Part shown: positions 30,469 through 40,381 of the stretch, one piece after another | Position numbering within the stretch: position 1 is the stretch's first letter | Layout: each line of letters starts with the position of its first letter | Assembly (NCBI GenBank): GCA_963777605.1 | Contig: CAVZRV010000027.1 | Location: 96,001 to 160,000, forward strand | Direction: 5' to 3' | Source of the DNA: an uncultured Acidobacteriota bacterium | GTDB taxonomy: Bacteria; Acidobacteriota; UBA6911; RPQK01; JAPXNP01 | Length of the DNA: 64,000 nt | Notes under the pieces: model-generated | What the model saw: only the letters and a program-made list of their open reading frames with translations | Database searches by the model: none | What the model was told of the DNA's origin: nothing | Position numbers and translations under genes: made by a program

Positions 30469-31645
30469 ATGAATTCCCCCTCAATCCGACCGTGGAGCGG
30501 AACTGTCTTCCTTGCCCTGCTGCTTGCAATTTCGACCAGCCTGTTTGGCCAAAACGGGCCGGGTCCCCGTTATCGAATCGTCGAAACCGATAACCCGGCT
30601 TTCCGGGGCAACGAACTCTTCCCGTCACAGGAAAATCTCCAGTCGGACCGGTTCCCGGAACTGATCAGGAGATACCACCTCGACGCCGTCGTCGAGGGAG
30701 AAGCCAGCGAGTTCAAACGGATCCTGCTGCTCAGAAACTGGATCAAGCGACATATTCGGATTGAGAACGATCATCCCACTCAGACCCGCGGTGACGCCTT
30801 TGGGATCCTCGACGCAGCGCTTGAGGGCGGAGGGTTCCACTGCGGGCATTTCATGGTGGTTCAAAGTGCGATCTTGAACGCGTTCGGCTATGTCACCCGC
30901 TGCCTGGGCGTCGGTCCCGGTGGCACTCCCGATGCACCCGGCGGCCATCACGGGGTCAACGAGGTCTGGTCGAACGACTACGTCAAGTGGGTCCTGACCG
31001 ACGCCAAGTACGACACCCAGTTCGAGAGGAACGGGATCCCCCTCTCCGCGCTGGAGGTGCGGGACGAACTGCTTCGCAACAATGCGGCGGAGATCATCTG
31101 TGTCAAGGGGCCCGATCGGACTCCCATCGAGCGACTGGACGAAGCGGAAACCGGCCCCGGAACCTACCGCTGGCTCTCCTGGGAGTTGCAGGGTGACCGT
31201 CATTCCAACTGGCCCCGGTTCATCTCCAGTGCCCTGGTCGTCTTCAATGATGACTATTTTCAGAATCACACCTGGTGGCGTGACGGGAACAGCAACCGTC
31301 ACTGGGCCTACGACGCCGCCTATTTTGTGCCGGTCAAGCACCGGGAGTGGATCGAGTGGACTCCCAACGTGCTCCAGGTCAAGGCCTCGGTTGCAGGCGG
31401 CGAGGTCCATGGAACCATCACTTCGAGCACGCCCAACCTTTCCGAATATCAGATTCGCGAAGAACCCGACGGAGCCTGGAAGACGGTCGAGGCCAGCTTC
31501 ACGCCTGACCCCATCAGGGGAACGCCGGGAATGGAACCTGCGGGCCGTCAATCGAGCCGGAGTCGCCGGCCCCCTGTATCGACTGATCGTTGAGCGAACC
31601 GACGTGAGCGAGGCCCATTCCGATCACCTCCACGCTGACCGATAG
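30469..31645 (+). CDS. Secreted transglutaminase-like (Cys-His-Asp) protein; frameshift near 31500
   Basis: GFHCGH, HHGVNEVWS and WVLTD motifs; C-terminus continues in another frame (LRAVNRAGVAGP). Confidence 0.75.
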
Positions 31646-31683
31646 CGGCACTCGGCCTGAATCTTCGTTTGGGAGACCTTGAA

Positions 31684-31770
31684 TTGAAACGCCAAGGCGC
31701 CAAGATCGCCAAGGGCATAATTGTTCAAGACAAAAGAGATCTTTGCGCCTTTGCGATCTTAGCGGTTCAA
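31684..31770. repeat. Imperfect inverted repeat built from CGC(C/A)AAG units
   Basis: TTGAAACGCCAAGGCGCCAAGATCGCCAAG ... CTTTGCGCCTTTGCGATCTTAGCGGTTCAA between convergent genes. Confidence 0.8.
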
Positions 31771-31860
31771 TCAACCCCTGGCACGTTTCACTCGTTGAAT
31801 GATCCCCCCCAAAGCCCGCCCGGCCCTCGTGACCGGAGTTCAGGCGGGGACGGGACGTCA

Positions 31861-32949
31861 TCAAGGTTGCAGGCAAGTGGCGTACACCGTCAGCCTGGCC
31901 TGGCGGTCGAACCCGAATGTATTGGTCGCCCTGGCGAACCACGACTGCTGGCCCGGTTCCCCAACCCCGACTGAGGAGTAACGGGCTTCCTGCATGTCGA
32001 TTTGGCTTCCCGGCGTTCCTCCACCGGGCTGCTCCAATTCCGCTCGGCCGCCGACGAGAATCTCTCCCGGCTGACACGAAGCCGAGTGCTCCAGCGTCTC
32101 TTCCGGGGCCAGTGTCACCGAATCGGACTGGGACTCGCGGGTGACGATGGTGGGGCCTGCAGCCGCAGCCGATTGACTGGTGACCGCAACCGAAGTGAGT
32201 TCTCCCGTTGACCGGTTCTGAACCAGGGAGGTCAGTGCAATCGGTAGAGGAGAAGCGGAAACTTTAACGATACCGGAGAATCCCGCCGCCTGCTGCCCAA
32301 ACAGACGTGCCTCGTCAAGAAATGCTGCAACCTGGGAACCGGGTGCCAGATCAATCGAAACCGGCGAGAAAAGGCTGTTCCCAGTTGGAGTCAAAAGGGT
32401 GATCGTCGCGGTCGTCGAGGTCTCACCATTTGGGTTCACGAGGGCAACGCCGCCGTTGTATTTGTCATCAACGAAAGAGAAGAAGCTCCCACTCGTGGTC
32501 AGATCGCCCGGCAGAATCCCTACGCGCGGCAAGGAACGCCCCCCCACGACCAGGTCAAAGAACTCCGTCGCTTCAAACGGCATCGTTGAGTAAATGCTCG
32601 CCCAACCGGTGGACAAAGGCTTACCAGGATCTCCAAACACGAACCTCGTGGACCCGTTGGGAGAAAGGTTGGCTCCGACTGAGTGCAGGGGCGTCGCGTC
32701 GGCCGCGAAGATATTCACGCTGACCGTAGCGGAGTCGGTTTCACTCGGGTTATAGACCCACAGTGATGTCTCAGAGCCCTCGTTGACTGCAATCTGAGAA
32801 AAATACCGCGTCGTCTGTGCGCGCACCCCGATCACGAGGCTCATGACGATTGCGAAGACGGCAAACACAGTGGCAGCGCTCCCTTTCCGCCTGATCTCGC
32901 ACCTTGACAGAACGTCTTCAACTCCCTCGAGTTGGTCAAAACTTCCCAC
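31861..32949 (-). CDS. Secreted hypothetical protein: two beta-sandwich-like repeats plus a C-terminal two-Cys domain
   Basis: Signal-like hydrophobic segment; YFSQIA..., GGVALVNP...; C-terminal ASCQPGEILVGG...YATC. Confidence 0.7.
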   Translation of the reverse strand: MGSFDQLEGVEDVLSRCEIRRKGSAATVFAVFAIVMSLVIGVRAQTTRYFSQIAVNEGSETSLWVYNPSETDSATVSVNIFAADATPLHSVGANLSPNGSTRFVFGDPGKPLSTGWASIYSTMPFEATEFFDLVVGGRSLPRVGILPGDLTTSGSFFSFVDDKYNGGVALVNPNGETSTTATITLLTPTGNSLFSPVSIDLAPGSQVAAFLDEARLFGQQAAGFSGIVKVSASPLPIALTSLVQNRSTGELTSVAVTSQSAAAAGPTIVTRESQSDSVTLAPEETLEHSASCQPGEILVGGRAELEQPGGGTPGSQIDMQEARYSSVGVGEPGQQSWFARATNTFGFDRQARLTVYATCLQP

Positions 32950-33154
32950 GAGAAACCTCCATTGCTCTTTGGACTGGATTGATGAGTCGGTTGGCGGTCA
33001 CCCAGCAGGAGAAGATCCGCCAATCCCCGGAGTGCCTGTTGAGAAGCATTCTAACCCATATGGACTCGCGAGCAGCGATGAGGCATGATCAGGCCCTGAA
33101 CCTCGAATGCAGCGAAACTGTAGTTCCTCGAACCGGGCAGGTTATGATGTGCTC

Positions 33155-34090
33155 GTGTACTCTTTCCTGGTGACCTGTGCACTTGGCATTCTGGGATTCG
33201 CGGCAGCCGGGCATCCTCCGTCAGGAGGGCAGGCGGCCGTTCCATCCGCCCGTCAGAATATCCGTACAACTGCCGTGGAGACGTGGCGTCGATTGAGCAA
33301 CCCCAGTCAATGGAAGTTGATCGGGAGAACCAGGCTGGAATTCCGGACGTTTCACCCTCAGGGTCTCCTGAAGATCGGAGAACGATTCCTGCTGTCCTCG
33401 GTTGAAGTCTTCGGAGGGTCGGAACGGGCGGTTGAGTCGGAGTCAGGCACCCGGGCGGGGATTGGACATCTGTTCCTGTTCGACGGGCGAGGACGCCTCG
33501 TTCGGGATCTGAGGATAGGAACAGGAGACTGCTTCCATCCCGGAGGAATGGACTCCGACGGCAACGCCGCCTGGGTCCCGGTCGCTGAATATCGCCCCGA
33601 CAGCCGCTCGGTTGTCTATCGCCTGGACCTGGATTCGCTGGCTTTGGAAGAAGTCTTTCGAGTCGATGATCATATCGGCGGTCTCGTCATCGACACAGAC
33701 CGCGTCTATGGTCTCAGTTGGGGTTCGCGGAGGTTTTACACCTGGGACAGGACAGGCCATCTCCTTCACAAATCGAACGATCACTCTGGATATATCGAGT
33801 ACCAGGACTGTAAACACATTGCGCCCGGTCTCGCGGCCTGCGGTGGTCTGAACTCGTTTGAAGGGCCGCGCGGCAACCGTTTCACGCTTGGCGGGCTGGA
33901 AGTAGTCGACTTCGAATCGGGTGAATCCCTGGTTCAGATCCCGGTTCCGCTGTATGCAACCGACGGCTCCGTTATGACCCGTAACCCGTTCGACTATGAA
34001 CTGGCGAAGGATTCCATCCGACTCTACTTCGTTCCCGAGGACGACCGCTCGGTGCTCTATGAATGGGAAGCCCCTCTGGATAAGAGGTGA
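33155..34090 (+). CDS. Secreted beta-propeller-like hypothetical protein (DUF6454-like, from recall)
   Basis: Signal peptide from GTG 33155; FHPQG, GHLF, HPGGMD, VAEYRP and YQDCK motifs. Confidence 0.65.
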   Translation: MYSFLVTCALGILGFAAAGHPPSGGQAAVPSARQNIRTTAVETWRRLSNPSQWKLIGRTRLEFRTFHPQGLLKIGERFLLSSVEVFGGSERAVESESGTRAGIGHLFLFDGRGRLVRDLRIGTGDCFHPGGMDSDGNAAWVPVAEYRPDSRSVVYRLDLDSLALEEVFRVDDHIGGLVIDTDRVYGLSWGSRRFYTWDRTGHLLHKSNDHSGYIEYQDCKHIAPGLAACGGLNSFEGPRGNRFTLGGLEVVDFESGESLVQIPVPLYATDGSVMTRNPFDYELAKDSIRLYFVPEDDRSVLYEWEAPLDKR

Positions 34091-34242
34091 AGCGGCGTTG
34101 TAGAGTCTGGAGAGAATCGAAAGACAGCCGGCCTCTGTTTGGCCCGGGCCTGTCTGTCGGGTGACAGGTCCCTTCCACGGGAAGCGGAGAGGGCTCGCAA
34201 CGGGCTCGCCGGTTCTGCGGAGATCGATTTGAGGAGCAGAGA

Positions 34243-35715
34243 ATGACGCCGAGAACTCGTGCTTTTGAGCGCACGCTGGCAATAACGATCGCACTTTTGA
34301 CCACGGGCTTGTTCGCTGGCCCGGCGAACCCCGGCCCGGTACCGGCACACGTCCGCGGCCAGTCGAACAGCGACCGCCCGCCCAACATCGTGATTCTGCT
34401 GGTTGACGACCTGGGCTGGATCGATCTTGCGACCCAGGGCAGCGAGTTCTATCGGACGCCCCACATCGACCGGTTAGCCGACAACGGGATGCGCTTCACT
34501 TCCGCCTACGCGTCCTGTGCCGTCTGCTCTCCGACACGGGCGGCGATCCAGACCGGTCGATATCCCGCCCGCATCGGTGTCACGGACTGGATCCGGGCTC
34601 TCTTCCAGGGAGGCGAATCAGGTCATGTCGTCCCCACGGACTACGTGAGTAACGCGGACGAAAAACTTGAATGCCCGCCCAATCCCTTCGCCATGCCGCT
34701 TTCCGAAGTAACCCTTGCGGAAGCCCTCCGACCCGCAGGCTATGTATCGTGCCACATCGGCAAGTGGCACCTCGGGACGACCGACTTCTGGCCCACCGGG
34801 CAGGGTTACGACGTCAACATCGCCGGTTGCGACTACGGCCAACCGCCCAGCTACTTCGATCCCTACGTTCGCGGAAATCAGAAGGGATTCCCCACGATGA
34901 AGCCGCGTCGCGAAGGGGAATACCTGACCGACCGGCTGAGCGACGAGGCGGTGAAATTCATCCGGGAGAACCGGGACCGGCCGTTCTTCCTGAACATGGA
35001 CTACTACGCGGTCCACACCCCTTTGATGGGCAAGCCGGAGTTGATCGATCAATACGAGGGCAAGAGCTGGAAAGAACAGGACAACGCGGTCTATGGCGCC
35101 ATGATCCAGGCCGTTGACGATGCCACAGGGAAGATCCTGCGGGCCCTCGACGAGGCCGGAGTGGCGGACCGCACGCTGGTCATCTTCACCTCGGACAACG
35201 GGGGCCTCCTCGGATCCACTTCAAACCTTCCTCTCCGAGCCGGGAAAGGGTGGCCGTACGAAGGCGGCATACGAATTCCATTGATTGTCCGGTGGCCCGG
35301 AGTCGTCAACCAAGGGATCGTCTGCCCTCAGCCGGTCAGCTCGATCGACCTGTTCCCGACGATCCTCGAAGCAGTTGGCATCGCCAAACCGGCGGGCCGG
35401 GCCATCGACGGGGTATCATTGGTGGACCTGCTTCGTTCCGGTGGTCGGACTCAGCTGCCGGCACGGCAACTCTTCTGGCATTTTCCTCATTACCGAAGCC
35501 AGGAGATCGGTCCCTACTCCATCATCCGGGACGGCAGGTGGAAACTGATCAAGTGGTACGAAGGCCCCCGGCTGGAGCTGTACGACCTGGACGCGGACCT
35601 CGGAGAAGAACATGACCTGGCGGCTGAAATGCCGGACAGGGTCCGCCAGCTCGACGCCCGCATGACTGCCGAACTGGAGTCGGAGGGTGCCAGATTCCCC
35701 AGGCCGAAGCGGTGA
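34243..35715 (+). CDS. Sulfatase (Cys-type), secreted
   Basis: PNIVILLVDDLG, CSPTR, GKWHLG, FTSDNGG and YEGGIR motifs; GAGGAG RBS. Confidence 0.95.
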   Translation: MTPRTRAFERTLAITIALLTTGLFAGPANPGPVPAHVRGQSNSDRPPNIVILLVDDLGWIDLATQGSEFYRTPHIDRLADNGMRFTSAYASCAVCSPTRAAIQTGRYPARIGVTDWIRALFQGGESGHVVPTDYVSNADEKLECPPNPFAMPLSEVTLAEALRPAGYVSCHIGKWHLGTTDFWPTGQGYDVNIAGCDYGQPPSYFDPYVRGNQKGFPTMKPRREGEYLTDRLSDEAVKFIRENRDRPFFLNMDYYAVHTPLMGKPELIDQYEGKSWKEQDNAVYGAMIQAVDDATGKILRALDEAGVADRTLVIFTSDNGGLLGSTSNLPLRAGKGWPYEGGIRIPLIVRWPGVVNQGIVCPQPVSSIDLFPTILEAVGIAKPAGRAIDGVSLVDLLRSGGRTQLPARQLFWHFPHYRSQEIGPYSIIRDGRWKLIKWYEGPRLELYDLDADLGEEHDLAAEMPDRVRQLDARMTAELESEGARFPRPKR

Positions 35716-35869
35716 GCCAATCTGGAAAGCCTGGAGAACCTACGGAAGGGTATGGCTATGGGAAGGCCGGATGGACTGGGGTGTTGCAAAGGCGCAGCGC
35801 GTCGCCCGAGGCAGGAAAAATCTCACCAGTGGTTCTACGACCAGGCGTTTTTGACGTTCGTTAGACTGG

Positions 35870-38800
35870 CTACCGGTTCCCGATGCCGGTGATGAAATCC
35901 TCGAGCGATCCGGCGTGGTTGATGATCGGAATCGCAAAACCCCGCTTCTTCCAGGGACCGGCGAGGTCCTGACTGGCGGGAATCCGTCGGGACACCGCGA
36001 AGTCGATATTGCGGGTCGTCTGGTTGGCGGTCACTCCCACATTCACCGAATCGCCGAAGACCGGGTAGAACCCACAAAACTCACCCTCCTCGCAGATGTA
36101 GCCATCTCCGTCGTCATCGCTTCCGGCAGCGACGAGGCAGGTGCCAATATCCATCGCCGGGAGCACATATCGATATTGTCCCTGCTCGTTTGCCTCGGCC
36201 CCGCTGATTGAATCGAGGTTGACCGGGTCCAGTGCAAGCACATAAAGGGTCCCCGTCTGAGGATCTGGCTGAGCCCCGACTACCATTCGAACCTCGATCG
36301 TCCCGTTACCGCCGTTTGAACTTACCCGCACTCTCCCTGAATAGGTTCCGTTTGACAGGCCATCCCTGCGGACTTGAACGACCACGGTCCGGTCGTTCAG
36401 CCTGGCGGTCAGCCAATCCTGTCCCGAATCGACCTCCATGGTCGGGGAATTGACGGTCAACTGGCCACCGCCTCCGTTGGAAACAGTCACTGTCAGCTGC
36501 GATTCCGCCGTTCCAAAATCGAGACTGGTCTGGGAGAGCAGGAGTTTCGGCTGTGTAGGTCCGGTTCCACCCGCAGCCCGCACTGCCGCGACCGGATTGA
36601 TCAGACCGTAGCCGTAAGTATCGTCTTTTCCGGTAGTTCCCAGATCAACGGCGGTTTGCTGAAGGATTGAACGAACCTGGGCAGGGGTCAGGGACGGGTT
36701 GACCGAGAGCATCAGCGAGACAACCCCGGCAACATGCGGAGAGGCCATCGAGGTTCCCTGGTAAAACACGTAGCTGGGCTGGTTGGTCTCGCTGTTCCAG
36801 ATCGTGCTGAGCACGCCGTCAGCCTTGGAATCCCCGTTGAGATCGGCCTCCACATTCCCGCCCGGGGCGACGACGTCGATCCGCGGCCCATAGTTGGAGT
36901 AGGGTGCCTTGCTGCCCGAAAGGTCGATCGCTCCGACCGAAATAACGCCGTCATAACCGGCAGGGTAGTGAGGAGTATCCGTGTTCGAGTTGCCGGCAGC
37001 GGCGACGATCACCACATTCTCGGCCAGGAGGGCGTTGACGGTTTCCTGAAACGCCGGATTGTAGGCGGCTCCCCCAAGGCTCATATTGATGACATTGGCC
37101 TTCCTCGCCGGTAACTTGCCGGAAGAATTCGGCAGGCGCGCCGCGAATTTCAAGGCTTGCATGATGTCCCAGTCCTGTCCGCCGCCAACGCCGAGGACTC
37201 GCAGGGTCATCAGGGGGGACACCCAGTTCACACCGGCGACACCGAGACCGTTGTTGGTCACCGCACCGATCGTTCCCGCGACGTGCGTGCCGTGGAAACT
37301 GCTCTTGGTCCCGCCCGGGTCATCTCCCGGGTCCTGGGCCGAAGGATCGATTCCGTCTCCATCGGCTGCGACCTGAGGGTCGCTGATGAAGTCAAATTGC
37401 CCCGCTGTCAACCGCCCCCCCAAATCCGGATGGTCGAACCGGGCTCCCGTGTCCACAATCGCCACCACAACGTTCTGAGAACCCTTGGTCACGTCCCAGA
37501 CTTCAGGGAGATGGATCTGCGAATAGTGCCACTGGTAGTGGTAGTGGGTGTCGTTGGGGACAGCGTCGACGTGCCGGATGTAATTGGGGACGGCATAGAG
37601 GACTTCAGGCCGGCTGTTGAGGTATTCGATGTAATCCAGCGTAGCCAGCCTGGGAGCCTGGGCCCCTTCGCCCGCCATTCCTGCCGGAGACGTGCTGCCC
37701 GCCACCACGGCACTCCGGATCAAGACCGTGGCGTCGCCACCCGTCACTACCGCCGGACGGGTTCCGGCGGGGACAATGTCTTGAATCGACGACACCAGAG
37801 AGGCGTCCTGCAGGCGAACGATGGCATCTCCAACCACGAACTCGTCATCAACGCTGAGCCGAATTCCTCGGGACCGGCTGAAAGGAAAACGATCGAGCGG
37901 ATCCTGAGACTGGATCGCAGCGGCGCCGACGGCCGAAGGCGCCAGGCGTCCCGAAATCAGCCCTTTTCCGCGCTGCGGGGGAACAGCCGCAAGGGACTGC
38001 AACTTGCCCCCTGCAAGGTAGCTGAACAATTCGAAAGTCAGAATTCCCACGTCGGACTTGACCCTGATAAATCCGCCTACTTGCGGGTCGAGGCCCTCTA
38101 CCAGTTCCGTCAGGAGTCGAGGACGATGTTCGAAAGGCTGCAGGTTGAACTGGGTTGAACCCGTCTGCTGCCCGGTCTTGCCGAATACCTGGAGGGTCAC
38201 ATGGGCCGCGTCCCGGGCAGTGTTCAGAAATGTGAGGCCGGTCAGATACCCGAGGCCGTCGGCCACGTGCGAGAAGACGGCATCAGTGATCGGGACATGC
38301 TGGAGCTGAACCGACGACAGAAACGCGTTGTTTGGGTCGCCAAAGCTCAGGTCACCCACAATTCCCAGGACATCCGAATCGACCCTGAGCCAGCCCACGA
38401 AGTCCCCTGCCGGCAACTGCAACAGGGACCGGGCATCCTCATGGACAATACCTCCGGACTCCAGGACCAACTGGCGAGTTGCGGCCGGAGTCCCGTTGGA
38501 AACGCCGGTAGCGTATGCCTTCAACGTCAACTCCGCCGCACTGTCGGTTGGATTAATGATGGTGACGGTCGTCCGTATTGCCGCGTTGTCGGCAAGCTGA
38601 GCTCCGAACAGACTCTGGGTCCCGCTCAATGCCGTACTGCGGACGGGAATCCCGTTGCGACCGCTGATCGCGGTGCCGGAGCCAAAGGTCTCATACCCGT
38701 AAACCGCGCTCGTCCGCCCCGAAACCCGGACGTAGCTGCCGCAGGGCGCCTGCCGCCCGAACAACTGGTTCACGGTGAAGACTCTGCTCCCGGGCTGATC

Positions 38801-40148
38801 GGCCGGAAGGTGCAGAACCCGGCTCGCGAGCAGGCCTTCCGCAGCGGAATGCAGTTCGGCGTCCACGTCGCCCGACCCGATCACGGTGATCTCGGTAAAC
38901 TCCCCGCTGCCGCACAGGATCTCGGGGAAGACCAGCGAGGAAGTCCCCAGCAGGGAGATGGCCTCGGCACCGTCGATGCCCGAAATGTCCGAGGTGTACG
39001 ACAGGAAGAAGCCAACCAGGCCCAAATTGTCGCTCGACGCCAGCACCCAGTCACTGGAACTCGCGAACGATGCGCCGAATAGCTCCGGAACCGTCCGGGC
39101 CAATTGCCCTCCCGGGGGAATGGTGATCACCGCCGGGTTGGTAATTCCAGCTCCGGAGCGGGCGTTTCCAGCCTGATCGAGCAAAAGCATGGTGACATCC
39201 GCCGGCGATCCGGTGGGATTGGCGATCGCCAGTCCCGTCCCTTTGAACTGGTCACTCTGGACCCGGGGAAAGATCAATAGGATCGTGCCTTCGCTGGGGG
39301 GGTCGACAACCTGGATCTGGCGGGTGAACCGGTTGTCGGCTTCGTTTGACTCGGTAACCGCTCCCCCGGAATCAATGACCAGTTCCAGTTTGTGGTTGCC
39401 GACCGAGAGAGAACCCAGGGCGTAGTCTTCAACGAAGATAAAGTAATTCACCTCGTGGGGCGGATTGACTGACCAGTGATCCTTCTGCGTCCCATCGACC
39501 AGCAGAGAGACGTTGTAGCTCTGCGAAACGTCCTTCTCGCCGTCGTTCAATACTGCCCAGTCGATGAAGATGGAATCTGCCGAGGAAATGGTCTGCGCAT
39601 CCGAATGGCTGTTTTGGTCGGTCGAAACGACCATTGCAGAATCCCACCCGGAAGGCTGGTAGGGCTTCAGATTGGGAGCGGATGCTTGTTGCCCCGAAAT
39701 GACGATCGTCTTGGTGTAGACATTGTCATACTCGTTGCTCTCGTAAATGTCGTCGTAGTAGTCGACGTCGAGCTCCAGCGTGTAGGTGCCGGGGGAAAGC
39801 GGGCCAAAGGTCACGTCCTCGTCAAAGTAATAATCCCAGGCCTCGTGCGGAGGTTCGATGGTCCAAGACTGCACCAGTTCATCGTCCAGCCACAGGGCAA
39901 CGGTGTACGAGAAGTAGGTATCCACATCGCCGGCGTTAGCGACCGCAACGTCGATGAAGAGGGTGTCGGTCGAAAGCAACGGACTGCTGTCCGTGTTCGT
40001 GCCCGGCAGGTTGGAAACCACAATCGGAGCGGACCAGCCGTCGGGCTGGTAGGGGACCAGATTCGGCAACCCCTGCGCATTCAGAGTAAAGAACGCAGAC
40101 GACCAAGACCAAGGTGATCCCAGAAAGGAATACACGGATGCGAAACAT
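35870..40148 (-). CDS. Large secreted S8 (subtilisin-like) serine protease with two CARDB-like domains; probable frameshift in the signal peptide
   Basis: Catalytic IVDTG, HGTHVAGTI and GTSMASPHVAG; two E(S)NE.DN CARDB-like ends; RBS+ATG at 40148 (MFRIRVFLSGITLVLVVCV) is out of frame with the body near 40090. Confidence 0.88.
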
Positions 40149-40221
40149 GGAAGCCTCCCCAAGGGCCCCGGCAGGGTCCACGCAGGAGATCACGCAAAGC
40201 GCCGGCGCCGGACAGCCCCTA

Positions 40222-40248
40222 GATACTGCGAGTTGACTCGAGTGTCAA
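40222..40248 (-). promoter_or_regulatory. Putative sigma70 promoter with a TTGAC-N6-GTCAA palindrome over the -35 box
   Basis: Minus strand TTGACA, 17 nt, TATCTA upstream of the S8 gene; palindrome at 40233-40248. Confidence 0.4.
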
Positions 40249-40281
40249 GCACAGATGCGAGTGATAGGACAATTGGGAATA

Positions 40282-40379
40282 AGACTGTGGGAATCGGACT
40301 TATCGGACGTGCAGGACGTATGTGACCCGTTGAATCACGGGTCCCACAGGTCCCATTAGTCGCATCAGTCCCACGGTCT
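40282..40379. repeat. Long imperfect hairpin made of 9-mer units
   Basis: GGAC-periodic left arm and GTCC-periodic right arm around GACCCGT-TGAATC-ACGGGTC; begins 2 nt after the stop at 40382 on the minus strand. Confidence 0.75.
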
Positions 40380-40381
40380 CT

